The translations under genes were made by a program, and so were the position numbers. The notes beneath the pieces were generated by a model that saw nothing but the letters and a program-made list of their open reading frames with translations, was not told where the DNA came from and searched no databases. Below, piece after piece: positions 41,340 through 49,964 of a stretch of DNA of 64,000 nt. This DNA is from Candidatus Caccoplasma merdavium (GTDB lineage Bacteria > Bacteroidota > Bacteroidia > Bacteroidales > UBA11471). Every line of letters starts with the position of its first letter. The first letter of the stretch is position 1. Location: positions 6,023-70,022 of the forward strand of contig DVLI01000002.1 in assembly GCA_018715595.1 (NCBI GenBank), read 5' to 3'.

Positions 41340-42608
41340 TTATGCCTCCTCGTCGGTTTCGTCAAATTCCGCTTTCAGAATTTTGATGACTTCATCGACC
41401 GTGTCTTCTTCGAGGTCGGCGCCTTCGATGAGCTCCTCACGGCTCTTGGCCAATACGCTCTTGGCGGTGGCGCAGCCGATGCTTTTCAGGGCTTCGATGA
41501 CCCATTCGTCGATTTCGTCTTTGAATTCATCGAGGTAGATGTCTTCTTCTTCGCCCTCGTCGATGTCGCGGTACACGTCGATGGTGTAGCCGGTGAGCAT
41601 GCTGGCGAGTTTGATGTTGAGGCCGCCTTTTCCGATGGCGAGCGATACCTCTTCGGGTTTGAGGAACACCTCGGCCTTTTTCTCCTCTTCGTTGAGGCGT
41701 ATCGAGGATATTTTGGCGGGGTTCAAGGCTCGTTGTATGAAGAGCGACGTGTTGGTCGTGTAGTTGATGACGTCGATGTTCTCGTTGCGCAACTCTCTCA
41801 CGATGCCGTGTATGCGCGACCCTTTCACACCTACGCAGGCGCCTACCGGGTCGATGCGTTCGTCATACGATTCGACGGCGATTTTTGCCCGTTCGCCGGG
41901 AATGCGGGCCACCTTGTGTATGGTGATGAGGCCGTCGTGTATCTCGGGCACTTCGAGCTCGAAGAGTCGGTGCAGGAAATTTTCCGAGGTGCGCGACACG
42001 ATGATTTTGGGGTTGTTGTTCTTGTTGTCGACCTGCAAGATGACGGCGCGGGCGGTTTCACCCTTGCGGTAGAAGTCGCCGGGAATCTGCTCGGTCTTGG
42101 GAAGAATGAGCTCGTTGCCCTCGTCGTCGATGAGGAGCATCTCCTTTTTCCATATTTGATATACTTCGGCGCTGACGAGCTGGCCGATTTTGTCTTTGTA
42201 TTGGTTGTAAATGGCGTCTTTTTGGAGTTCCAGAATCTTCGATGCGAGAGTCTGGCGCAGGTTCAGAATGGCACGGCGGCCGAATTTCTCGAAGAATACC
42301 TCGTCGGTCACCTCTTCGCCCACTTCATAGTCGGCGTCGATTTTCTTCGCTTCCGACAGGGAGATTTGCAGGTTGGGGTCTTCGACCTTGTCGTCTTCGA
42401 CCACTTCGCGGTTGCGCCATATCTCGAAGTCGCCTTTGTCGGGGTTGACGATGATGTCGAAGTTTTCGTCGGTACCGAACATCTTTGCTAACACGTTGCG
42501 GAAAGACTCTTCCAACACGCTGATCATGGTGGTACGGTCGATGTTTTTCAGTTCCTTGAATTCGGCGAAGGTGTCGACCATGCTGATTGTTTCCTCTTTC
42601 TTGGCCAT
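41340..42608 (-). CDS. nusA: transcription termination/antitermination factor NusA
   Basis: 422-aa ORF with S1 and KH motifs ('DPVGACVGVKGSRI', 'SLAIGKGGLNIKLAS'). Confidence 0.97.
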   Translation of the reverse strand: MAKKEETISMVDTFAEFKELKNIDRTTMISVLEESFRNVLAKMFGTDENFDIIVNPDKGDFEIWRNREVVEDDKVEDPNLQISLSEAKKIDADYEVGEEVTDEVFFEKFGRRAILNLRQTLASKILELQKDAIYNQYKDKIGQLVSAEVYQIWKKEMLLIDDEGNELILPKTEQIPGDFYRKGETARAVILQVDNKNNNPKIIVSRTSENFLHRLFELEVPEIHDGLITIHKVARIPGERAKIAVESYDERIDPVGACVGVKGSRIHGIVRELRNENIDVINYTTNTSLFIQRALNPAKISSIRLNEEEKKAEVFLKPEEVSLAIGKGGLNIKLASMLTGYTIDVYRDIDEGEEEDIYLDEFKDEIDEWVIEALKSIGCATAKSVLAKSREELIEGADLEEDTVDEVIKILKAEFDETDEEA

Positions 42609-42609
42609 T

Positions 42610-43077
42610 TTATTTGAATCTGATTAGGTATTTTGTATATTTAATTTCGTTGTAGGGGAAAGTCAAATCTTCTTCGACTTCGATTTTGCGCTTGGCGCCT
42701 TCGGGTTTCACCTTCTTGGTGACGGTGACGACAAAGCCCGTTTCGTCGGCGGCTTTGAGCACGCCGTTGAGTTTCTGCCCGGCGCGGGTGAGCACCTCGA
42801 CTTCATTGCCGATGTTTTTTTTGTACTGCCGCACGACTTTGAACGGCGAGGTTATGCCGGCCGAGCCGACTTCAAGTTCATAATCTTCGACATCTCGGTC
42901 GAGACGGCTTTCGATGAAGCGGTGCAATGCGGTGCAGCGGTCTATGTCCACGCCTTCGTCGTTGTCGACTTCGACCACGATGCGGTTGTCGGGGGAGACG
43001 GTGATGTCGACGATGAACAGGTCGGTTGCCGCAATGCCCTCTTTCACGATTTCTTCTACAATCTGGGTGTCTATCAT
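42610..43077 (-). CDS. rimP: ribosome maturation factor RimP
   Basis: 155-aa ORF immediately upstream of nusA (1-nt gap). RimP-like 'YELEVGSAGITSPFK'. Confidence 0.9.
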   Translation of the reverse strand: MIDTQIVEEIVKEGIAATDLFIVDITVSPDNRIVVEVDNDEGVDIDRCTALHRFIESRLDRDVEDYELEVGSAGITSPFKVVRQYKKNIGNEVEVLTRAGQKLNGVLKAADETGFVVTVTKKVKPEGAKRKIEVEEDLTFPYNEIKYTKYLIRFK

Positions 43078-43100
43078 ATCACAAGGTTATCGGCCGGTTC

Positions 43101-43132
43101 AGAATAAAACGAGGGGACAAACTTGTCCCCTC
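43101..43132 (-). promoter_or_regulatory. terminator-like hairpin plus U-tract inside the rimP-nusA-infB leader (candidate attenuator)
   Basis: 9-bp GC-rich stem 'gaggggaca'/'tgtcccctc', followed on the minus strand by 'gttttatt'. Lies between the -7 box (43156..43163) and the rimP ATG (43077). Confidence 0.45.
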
Positions 43133-43155
43133 TCTTACGCGGCTCATTTACGAGG

Positions 43156-43163
43156 CAAATATA
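43156..43163 (-). promoter_or_regulatory. -7 box TATATTTG upstream of rimP-nusA-infB
   Basis: The reverse complement of 'caaatata' matches TAnnTTTG, ~79 nt upstream of the rimP ATG. Confidence 0.45.
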
Positions 43164-43263
43164 GTCATTTCCTTCGGTGTGCGCAAACCTTCCTCTCTTA
43201 TTTTGTACGCGAAAGAGGTTTTTGATATGAATATTTATTGTTTTTTAACAATATACCCTTCCT

Positions 43264-43977
43264 TCATTGCCCGGTCGGGAAGGGAAACTGGCGTAGTTCT
43301 TTTCTCAATATCAACTCGTTTCCGTTGCAATAGCAATTGCATATTTCATGGAATCGCGCGTTGTGGCTCATCTCGCTCAGATGGGCGAGCTCGTGCAGAA
43401 TGACGTAGTCGATGAGTCGGTCGGGCAGGTACATGAGGTGGTAGGAGAGGGTGATGCGGCGGTCGCTGCGACACGCGCCCAGGCGTCGGACTCCTCGCCC
43501 GATGATTACGCCGTTGTAGCGGTTGCCCGTTTGGCGGGCCCACTGTTCGAGCCGTTGGGGCAGGAAGTTCTCGGCGGCTTTTTTGAGGTGCCGGTGTATT
43601 TCCCGCGCGATGGCCTTCTGCATGAGGGGCGTGCGCCAGTCGATGCCCGCAGGCACCATGATGAGCACCCTCCCGGGGAGTTGCCGGCTGCATACGTTCG
43701 TATATGTGCCGTTCGATATTTCGATGGTGAAAGTGCGGGTGGGGATCATGTCGCCCGGACTTAAAAGTGATTGTCTTTTTCGGCGCATGAGCTTGCGCAG
43801 GACGTCACGTTTTTCGTCGATGATTTTGAGCACCGCCTCCCGGCGGGTGTGCGGCGGAACGGTAACCGACAGGCTGTCGTTCCGGGCCCTGAAAATGAGG
43901 TGCCGCGCTGTGGCGCGTTCGCGCAGGGTGATGAGTCCGAACTCGGGGTCGGTAATGGTGTTGGTGGAAGATTTCAT
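43264..43977 (-). CDS. YgjP-like (DUF45/M48-type) metallopeptidase
   Basis: ORF 43264..44100 trimmed to 'MKSSTNTITDPEFG'. HExxH zinc motif 'ILHELAHLSEMSHNARFH'. Confidence 0.8.
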   Translation of the reverse strand: MKSSTNTITDPEFGLITLRERATARHLIFRARNDSLSVTVPPHTRREAVLKIIDEKRDVLRKLMRRKRQSLLSPGDMIPTRTFTIEISNGTYTNVCSRQLPGRVLIMVPAGIDWRTPLMQKAIAREIHRHLKKAAENFLPQRLEQWARQTGNRYNGVIIGRGVRRLGACRSDRRITLSYHLMYLPDRLIDYVILHELAHLSEMSHNARFHEICNCYCNGNELILRKELRQFPFPTGQ

Positions 43978-43982
43978 GTCGG

Positions 43983-43990
43983 CAAAGTTA
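43983..43990 (-). promoter_or_regulatory. -7 box TAACTTTG only 5 nt upstream of the YgjP-like ATG (near-leaderless transcript?)
   Basis: The reverse complement of 'caaagtta' matches TAnnTTTG. The ATG is at 43975..43977. Confidence 0.35.
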
Positions 43991-44207
43991 TGCAAATGTC
44001 GGGAAAGATGTTGTGCACGATGCCGTCTCTTTTCAGAAGTCGTTACAAAGGCAATTCCCCATGGAGAAATCGTTCGCCCTGTTGCCGCGCACTCTCTCAT
44101 GGGTGCCTCTTTTACCGGAAGTCGCGGCGGTTTACGGCGACGGCTGTTTCCCCTGTGTGCGGGTCCGATTGCCGCAAAAACATGGTGCTCGTCGTCCCTG
44201 ACTTACC

Positions 44208-44528
44208 TTACCGGCAGAGTATGGAGAGGAGTTTCGCGAGGTAGGAGAGGTGGTTGGCTTCGATGTAACGGTCATCTCCCGGGTCGGCCAGTGAGATGAG
44301 ATAGCTGGCAAATTGAAGGCGGGTTTCGAGCTCTTCGATGTTTCCGAATACCTCATAGGGGTCGACCGATGTGATTTCCAGGATTTCGGGGTAGAAGTCG
44401 TATTTTTTGCAGACGTTCTCGATGAGGTTGTGTTTGTCTTTGTTGCATGAGGGGCGATTTCCCGAAAGTATAATCATGGCTTGCAAAAGAGCGGCCAATT
44501 CTCTTTTGTTGGGTCTTTTGTTTATCAT
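44208..44528 (-). CDS. hypothetical small protein (106 aa)
   Basis: ATG 'MINKRPNKRELAALLQAMII' inside the longer track ORF 44208..44798. Has its own -7 box. No family recognised. Confidence 0.5.
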   Translation of the reverse strand: MINKRPNKRELAALLQAMIILSGNRPSCNKDKHNLIENVCKKYDFYPEILEITSVDPYEVFGNIEELETRLQFASYLISLADPGDDRYIEANHLSYLAKLLSILCR

Positions 44529-44551
44529 ACAAATAATTTTGGCTTGTATGA

Positions 44552-44559
44552 CAAAAGTA
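44552..44559 (-). promoter_or_regulatory. -7 box TACTTTTG upstream of the 106-aa ORF
   Basis: The reverse complement of 'caaaagta' matches TAnnTTTG, 24 nt upstream of the ATG at 44528. Confidence 0.45.
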
Positions 44560-44689
44560 GTAAAATTTGTATCGTTTTTGCCTTTTTTAGGGAGATAATG
44601 TATGATTTGTTTAGTTAATAAAACTAAATTAATAGTTTCCCGGGAATTGGAGGCGAAGGTCGAAAGGCGGGGACGGGGCGGAGACGCGT

Positions 44690-45559
44690 TTATCCGTTGC
44701 TTCTCAAATCGACCCCCCACATGAGTTTCTTGCGCAGCGTGTCGGTAAAGAGGTGTTTGTCGCGTTTGATGATGCGTATGGGGAAAGGGGCCTTGCACAG
44801 GGTGATGCTTTCGCCCGAATATTTCTCTTCGGAGCGGCCGTCGAGGCTCACCAGGAAATGGCGGTTGCGACCTTCGGCCACGAGCGTTATCTCGGCATTG
44901 TCGCCAATGACCAGTGGCCGCACGTTGAGGCTGTGCGGTGCCACGGGGGTGATGATGAAGTTGGCCGCGTTGGGGGCGACGATGGGGCCGCCCACGCTCA
45001 GGGAGTAACCCGTCGAGCCGGTAGGGGTGGCGACCAGCAGACCGTCGGCCTGGTAGGTGTTCAGGAACGAGCCGTCGAGATAGGCGTGTATGGTAATCAT
45101 CGAAGAGGTGTCGAGTTTGAGCACGGCCACCTCATTCAGGGCATAGGGCCACGCGGCGTGGCTGCCGTCGGAGACGTGCAGCAGGGCTCTCTCTTCGATG
45201 TGATAGCGCCCTTCCATGATTTCGTCGATGGCCTGTGCCATCTCGCTGCATTGTACGTCGGCCAGGAAACCCATGCGGCCGAGGTTGATGCCGAGAATGG
45301 GGATTCCCTTGTCACCGATGCGCTCGGCCGTTTTCAGGAACGTGCCGTCCCCGCCGAGGCTCAGGGCGATGTCGGCTTCGAAATCATTTCCCGAGAGAAC
45401 CGCGGCTCCCGGTTCTGTTATGCCCATGTCGTGCATGATTCTGAGAAATTCCCGGTCGATGAGCAGTTGGGGGGCGTATTTTTTCAGAGAAGAAAACAGG
45501 GTGTTGATTTCTTCTTTTTTGTCTGTGGCGTAGGATTTTCCGAAAATGACGATTCTCAT
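44690..45559 (-). CDS. nadK: NAD kinase
   Basis: ORF 44690..45703 trimmed to 'MRIVIFGKSY'. 'ALSLGGDGTFL', 'INLGRMGFL' and 'ATPTGSTGYSLSVGGPIV' are NAD kinase motifs. Confidence 0.93.
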   Translation of the reverse strand: MRIVIFGKSYATDKKEEINTLFSSLKKYAPQLLIDREFLRIMHDMGITEPGAAVLSGNDFEADIALSLGGDGTFLKTAERIGDKGIPILGINLGRMGFLADVQCSEMAQAIDEIMEGRYHIEERALLHVSDGSHAAWPYALNEVAVLKLDTSSMITIHAYLDGSFLNTYQADGLLVATPTGSTGYSLSVGGPIVAPNAANFIITPVAPHSLNVRPLVIGDNAEITLVAEGRNRHFLVSLDGRSEEKYSGESITLCKAPFPIRIIKRDKHLFTDTLRKKLMWGVDLRSNG

Positions 45560-45741
45560 GGGAGCGGTGCTGGTCGTTTGGGAGTGGAAATTTTGTGAAA
45601 TATGCTGCAAATGTGGAATAGTTTTTTTCAAAATTGAACAAAAGCTATTACTTTTGCGAGTAATATTCGTGTACAAAAGTAAGAAAAAAAACAGTACCCG
45701 CATATCGAAATCCGAAAAACGGAATAACTCCTAATGTTATT

Positions 45742-46455
45742 ATGACACAACTCAGCGTAAATGTAAACAAAGTCGCCACCTTGCGCAATGCCCGTGGCGG
45801 GCAAGTCCCCGATGTGTTGAAGGTCGCTCTCGATTGCGAACAGTTCGGCGCGCAAGGCATTACCGTGCACCCGCGCCCCGACGAACGCCATATCCGTTAT
45901 GCCGACGTCTATGCCTTGCGCCCGGCCCTGCACACCGAATTCAACATCGAAGGCAATCCCATCGGCAAGTTTGTCGACCTCGTCTTGCAGGTAAAACCGG
46001 CCCAGGTGACCATGGTCCCCGATGCGGTCGATGCCATTACCTCCAATGCGGGGTGGGACACGCGTCGGAATTTCGATTTCCTCAGTGAGACGGTCGACCG
46101 TTTCAACCATGCCGGCATACGCACCTCGATATTCGTCGATGCCGACCTCGAAATGATTGAGTGGGCCGCCAAGACGGGAACCGACCGCGTAGAGCTCTAC
46201 ACCGAGCCCTATGCTTCGGGCTATGCCGCCGACCGGGAAAAGGCCGTCGCCCCCTTTGTCGAAGCCGCCAAGTTGGCTCACAAGTTGGGCATGGGAGTAA
46301 ATGCCGGTCACGACCTCAGCCTCGAAAACCTGCGCTATTTCCACGAGCAGGTTCCTTATGTCGATGAGGTGTCGATAGGCCATGCCTTGATATGCGACGC
46401 CCTCTATTATGGCCTCGAAGAGACGATTCGTCGCTATTTGGATTGCTTGAAATAA
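45742..46455 (+). CDS. pdxJ: pyridoxine 5'-phosphate synthase
   Basis: 237-aa ORF. '[17 protein letters not shown]', '[13 protein letters not shown]', 'NAGHDL'. Confidence 0.95.
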   Translation: MTQLSVNVNKVATLRNARGGQVPDVLKVALDCEQFGAQGITVHPRPDERHIRYADVYALRPALHTEFNIEGNPIGKFVDLVLQVKPAQVTMVPDAVDAITSNAGWDTRRNFDFLSETVDRFNHAGIRTSIFVDADLEMIEWAAKTGTDRVELYTEPYASGYAADREKAVAPFVEAAKLAHKLGMGVNAGHDLSLENLRYFHEQVPYVDEVSIGHALICDALYYGLEETIRRYLDCLK

Positions 46456-46492
46456 ATCTCATACGATAATTCTTTACACAAAAAAACTTGCC

Positions 46493-47206
46493 ATGACACT
46501 TTTGTTATCTCTTTTGGCTCAAACCAACATGGTGGAACCCGTGCAGGCTGCGGCCCTCGAAGCCCAAACCGCCGTGCCGCCGCTCAACTTGTGGTCGCTT
46601 TCGCTCAAAGGCGGTTTCATCATGATACCAATCGTTTTGCTTTCCCTGGTGACGATTTATATCTTCGTCGAGCGGTGGCTTGTCTTGCGCGATGCCGCCC
46701 GTCAGGACGACACCTTCATGCAACGCATCAAAGACTACATACATGCCGGTGACATCGACTCGGCGCTGAACCTTTGCAAGAAAAACCCCACTCCGGTCGC
46801 CCGCCTTATCGAGAAGGGTATCACCCGTCTGGGTCGTCCCATGAACGACGTGTTGGTCGCCATCGAAAATGTGGGAAATATCGAAGTGGCCAAGCTCGAA
46901 CGCCGCTTTACCTGGATAGCCACCACCGCCGCCGGCGCTCCCATGCTCGGCTTCCTCGGCACGGTAACCGGTATGGTCAATGCCTTTTACAGCATGGCGG
47001 CCGCCGGTGAAGCCGCCGACATCACCACGTTGTCGAGCGGTATCTACGAAGCCCTCGTCACGACGGTGGCCGGATTGGTCGTGGGTATCATCGCCATGTT
47101 TGCCTACAATTACCTGGTTTCCCGGGTCAATACGGTTGTCAACCAGCTCGAAGCCAGTACCATGGAGTTTATGGATTTGCTCAACGAACCCGCCAACAAG
47201 AAATAA
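46493..47206 (+). CDS. exbB: MotA/TolQ/ExbB proton-channel protein
   Basis: 237-aa ORF. 'LGFLGTVTGMVNAF' and 'GIYEALVTTVAGLVVGI' are typical ExbB/TolQ helices. Confidence 0.9.
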   Translation: MTLLLSLLAQTNMVEPVQAAALEAQTAVPPLNLWSLSLKGGFIMIPIVLLSLVTIYIFVERWLVLRDAARQDDTFMQRIKDYIHAGDIDSALNLCKKNPTPVARLIEKGITRLGRPMNDVLVAIENVGNIEVAKLERRFTWIATTAAGAPMLGFLGTVTGMVNAFYSMAAAGEAADITTLSSGIYEALVTTVAGLVVGIIAMFAYNYLVSRVNTVVNQLEASTMEFMDLLNEPANKK

Positions 47207-47221
47207 GAGAGGAGGATTGCC

Positions 47222-47635
47222 ATGGCTCTTAAACGCAAAAACCGCATCGAAGCTACATTCAGCATGGCATCGATGACCGATGTGATTTTCCTCCTGCTCA
47301 TATTCTTTATGGTCACCTCGACCTTTGTGTTCCCCAACGCCATCAAGGTAAACCTGCCGCAGAGCAAGCAGGAGATGAGCGTGAAACCCTTGGCGCGTGT
47401 CACGATTGATGCTTCGCTCAACTATTATGTCTCGGTGGGGAAGTCCAAAGCCGTGAAGGTGGCTTATGAAGAACTGGCGGCCTATTTGATTGAAGCGCGC
47501 AATCAGGACCCCGAAATGTATTTCGCCCTTTATGCCGACGAGAGTGTGCCCTACCGCGAAATCATGAAAGTGCTCAATGTCGCCAGCGACAACCAGTTGC
47601 GCATGGTATTGGCTACCCAACCCGTGAAAGAGTAA
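47222..47635 (+). CDS. exbD: ExbD/TolR biopolymer transport protein
   Basis: 137-aa ORF. 'SMTDVIFLLLIFFMVTSTF' TM helix plus a periplasmic domain. Confidence 0.9.
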   Translation: MALKRKNRIEATFSMASMTDVIFLLLIFFMVTSTFVFPNAIKVNLPQSKQEMSVKPLARVTIDASLNYYVSVGKSKAVKVAYEELAAYLIEARNQDPEMYFALYADESVPYREIMKVLNVASDNQLRMVLATQPVKE

Positions 47636-47645
47636 AAGACAAGAC

Positions 47646-48401
47646 GTGGAAGAAAAAAAGAAAAATCGGTTGATTGCCTCCGCGGTGACGATAGCAGTGC
47701 ATGTGGCCATCTTGCTGTTGCTGCTTTTCTATACCCTGTCGGCTCCGGAGATTCGCGAAGACGACGGCAGCGGCATCGTGTTGCAACTCGGCGTTATCGA
47801 TGCCGAAGCCGGGACCTTTACGCCGATGGCGGCCGCACCTCCGCCCCAACCCGTCGATGCCGAGCCGGTTGTTACGCAGGACATCGAAGAGACGGTCTCG
47901 CTCGATGAGGAGAAACCCGAGCCCGAGGTGGCTCCCGACCTCTCGGAGAAGAAGGCCGAGCCGCAACCCGAGCCCGAGACTTCGCCCATCGATGACCTTT
48001 GGGCCGATGCCCTCAGCAAGGGAAAAACGGCCGACAGCATAGCCGCGAACGACCAAAAGAAAGGCTCGCCCCAAGGCAATGCGGCCGCGGGAGCCACGGT
48101 CGGTTCGCCCGGTTATGGCGATTACGATTTGGGCGGCCGCGGACTCGTGGGGCGTTTGCCCAAGCCCGAATATTCAGGCACCAACGACGAGGGAACCATT
48201 GTCGTGGAAGTGCTTGTCGCTCCCGACGGCCGCGTCGTGCAGGCCAATGTCACCCCCTCGGGCAGCAAGGGGACTGCCGCTTCCAATGCCACTTTGCGCA
48301 GCCGCGCCGAAGCCGCTGCCCGTCGCGCCGTCTTTGAACGCAAGGCATCGGGCAATGAAAACCAGTGGGGAAGCATTACCTATTATTTCAAACAGAACTG
48401 A
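47646..48401 (+). CDS. tonB: energy transducer TonB
   Basis: 251-aa ORF with a GTG start and no nearby in-frame ATG. N-terminal TM, Pro/Glu-rich spacer, and C-terminal 'GTIVVEVLVAPDGRVVQANV' TonB_C pattern. Confidence 0.85.
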   Translation: MEEKKKNRLIASAVTIAVHVAILLLLLFYTLSAPEIREDDGSGIVLQLGVIDAEAGTFTPMAAAPPPQPVDAEPVVTQDIEETVSLDEEKPEPEVAPDLSEKKAEPQPEPETSPIDDLWADALSKGKTADSIAANDQKKGSPQGNAAAGATVGSPGYGDYDLGGRGLVGRLPKPEYSGTNDEGTIVVEVLVAPDGRVVQANVTPSGSKGTAASNATLRSRAEAAARRAVFERKASGNENQWGSITYYFKQN

Positions 48402-48488
48402 TTCTTTCCTTGAAAACGGTCGGCCGGCATGCGTTTCGACGCCTGTCGCCCGTCTTGAAAAGCAATCCGATGGGACTTGAATGATGCG

Positions 48489-49964
48489 ATGAACAACGGA
48501 ATCATTTTACTTGTCATATTAGCCGCCTACTTTGCCGTACTGTTGCTTATCGGCCGTTTCTCGGGTGGAAAATCCGATGACAACAACAATTTCTTCTTGG
48601 CCGGTAAATCCTCTCCGTGGTGGCTGGTGGCCATCGGCATGATAGGAACCTCCATCTCGGGGGTGACCTTCATTTCGGTGCCCGGAATGCCGCTCACCAT
48701 CGATATGACCTATATGCAGACGGTCTTGGGCTTTCTCGTCGGATATATCATTATCGCCCGCGTTTTGCTCCCGCTCTACTACCGCCTCGAACTCACATCG
48801 ATTTACACCTATCTCGAACGCCGTTTCGGAATCCGTTCATACAAGACCGGCGCCGCTTTTTTCTTCATCTCCAAGATTATCGGGGCTGCTGCCCGCCTGT
48901 ACCTCGTCGTCATGATTTTGCAGCACATCGTGCTGGCCGATTGGCATATTCCCTTTTGGCTCACGGCGTTGGTTGTCGTGCTCCTGATATGGCTCTATTC
49001 CCATCGCAGCGGCATGCGCACGATTGTGCGCACCGATGCGTTGCAGACGCTCTTCATGATAGGAGCCCTGTTGCTCATTCTTGTCCAGCTTATGACGCGC
49101 ATGCACCTCGGTGCGGGCGATGTTGTCGATACGGTGCGCAACAGCGGTCTCGAACGCATCTTTGTCTTCGACGACTGGCACACGAAGCAGAATTTCTTCA
49201 AGCAGTTTTTCAGCGGGATATTCATTACCATAGTCATGTCGGGGCTCGACCAGGACATCATGCAGAAAAATCTCTCGATACGCACGTTGCGCGAAGCGCA
49301 GAAGAACATGTATATCTATGGCACCGCCTTTGTGCCGGTCAATTTGCTCTTCCTGGTATTGGGCATTTTGCTGGTCGCTTTTGCCGGGGAGCAGGGAATC
49401 GCTCTCCCCGAAAAGACCGACGAACTGTTGCCGATGATGGCGACCGACCATCTCGGTTTCGGGGTGTTGCTCCTGTTTAGCGTGGGTATCGTGGCGGCCG
49501 CTTTTTCGAGCGCCGACTCGGCATTGACGGCACTCACGACTTCGTTTTGTGTCGATATGCTGGGCGTGAATCGTCGCCCGGCCGATGAGGCCGTGACCAT
49601 TCGCAAACGGGCCCATATCGCTATTTCGCTGCTCTTTTTTGCTATCATGTGCGTTATCGAGGCGCTCAACGATACCAGCGTCATCGACGCCATCTATACG
49701 ATTGCCGGATATACCTACGGGCCGTTGCTGGGCCTTTTCGTATATGGCCTCTTTATGAAAGGCTCTCCGCGCGACCGTTATATTCCCTGGGTGGCTCTTG
49801 CCTCACCCATATTGTGCTATCTTTTGCAACGGTGGCTTGCCGCCGCCTGTGGTTATTACATGGGCTATGAATTGTTGATGTTGAACGGCTTGATAACCTT
49901 TGTCGGATTGATGCTTTTGGCTGTCGGCCGACCCGTTGCGCCTTATTTCATGAATAAACGATGA
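48489..49964 (+). CDS. sodium:solute symporter family transporter (MurT-like by context)
   Basis: ORF 48477..49964 (TTG) trimmed to the ATG 'MNNGIILLVILAAYF'. Multi-TM SSS pattern 'GTSISGVTFISVPG'. First gene of the MurNAc-recycling cluster. Confidence 0.85.
   Translation: MNNGIILLVILAAYFAVLLLIGRFSGGKSDDNNNFFLAGKSSPWWLVAIGMIGTSISGVTFISVPGMPLTIDMTYMQTVLGFLVGYIIIARVLLPLYYRLELTSIYTYLERRFGIRSYKTGAAFFFISKIIGAAARLYLVVMILQHIVLADWHIPFWLTALVVVLLIWLYSHRSGMRTIVRTDALQTLFMIGALLLILVQLMTRMHLGAGDVVDTVRNSGLERIFVFDDWHTKQNFFKQFFSGIFITIVMSGLDQDIMQKNLSIRTLREAQKNMYIYGTAFVPVNLLFLVLGILLVAFAGEQGIALPEKTDELLPMMATDHLGFGVLLLFSVGIVAAAFSSADSALTALTTSFCVDMLGVNRRPADEAVTIRKRAHIAISLLFFAIMCVIEALNDTSVIDAIYTIAGYTYGPLLGLFVYGLFMKGSPRDRYIPWVALASPILCYLLQRWLAAACGYYMGYELLMLNGLITFVGLMLLAVGRPVAPYFMNKR

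Noticed and set aside
45628-46383. 251-aa ORF antisense to pdxJ
   Set aside because: The pdxJ frame is unambiguous, so this is a shadow ORF.
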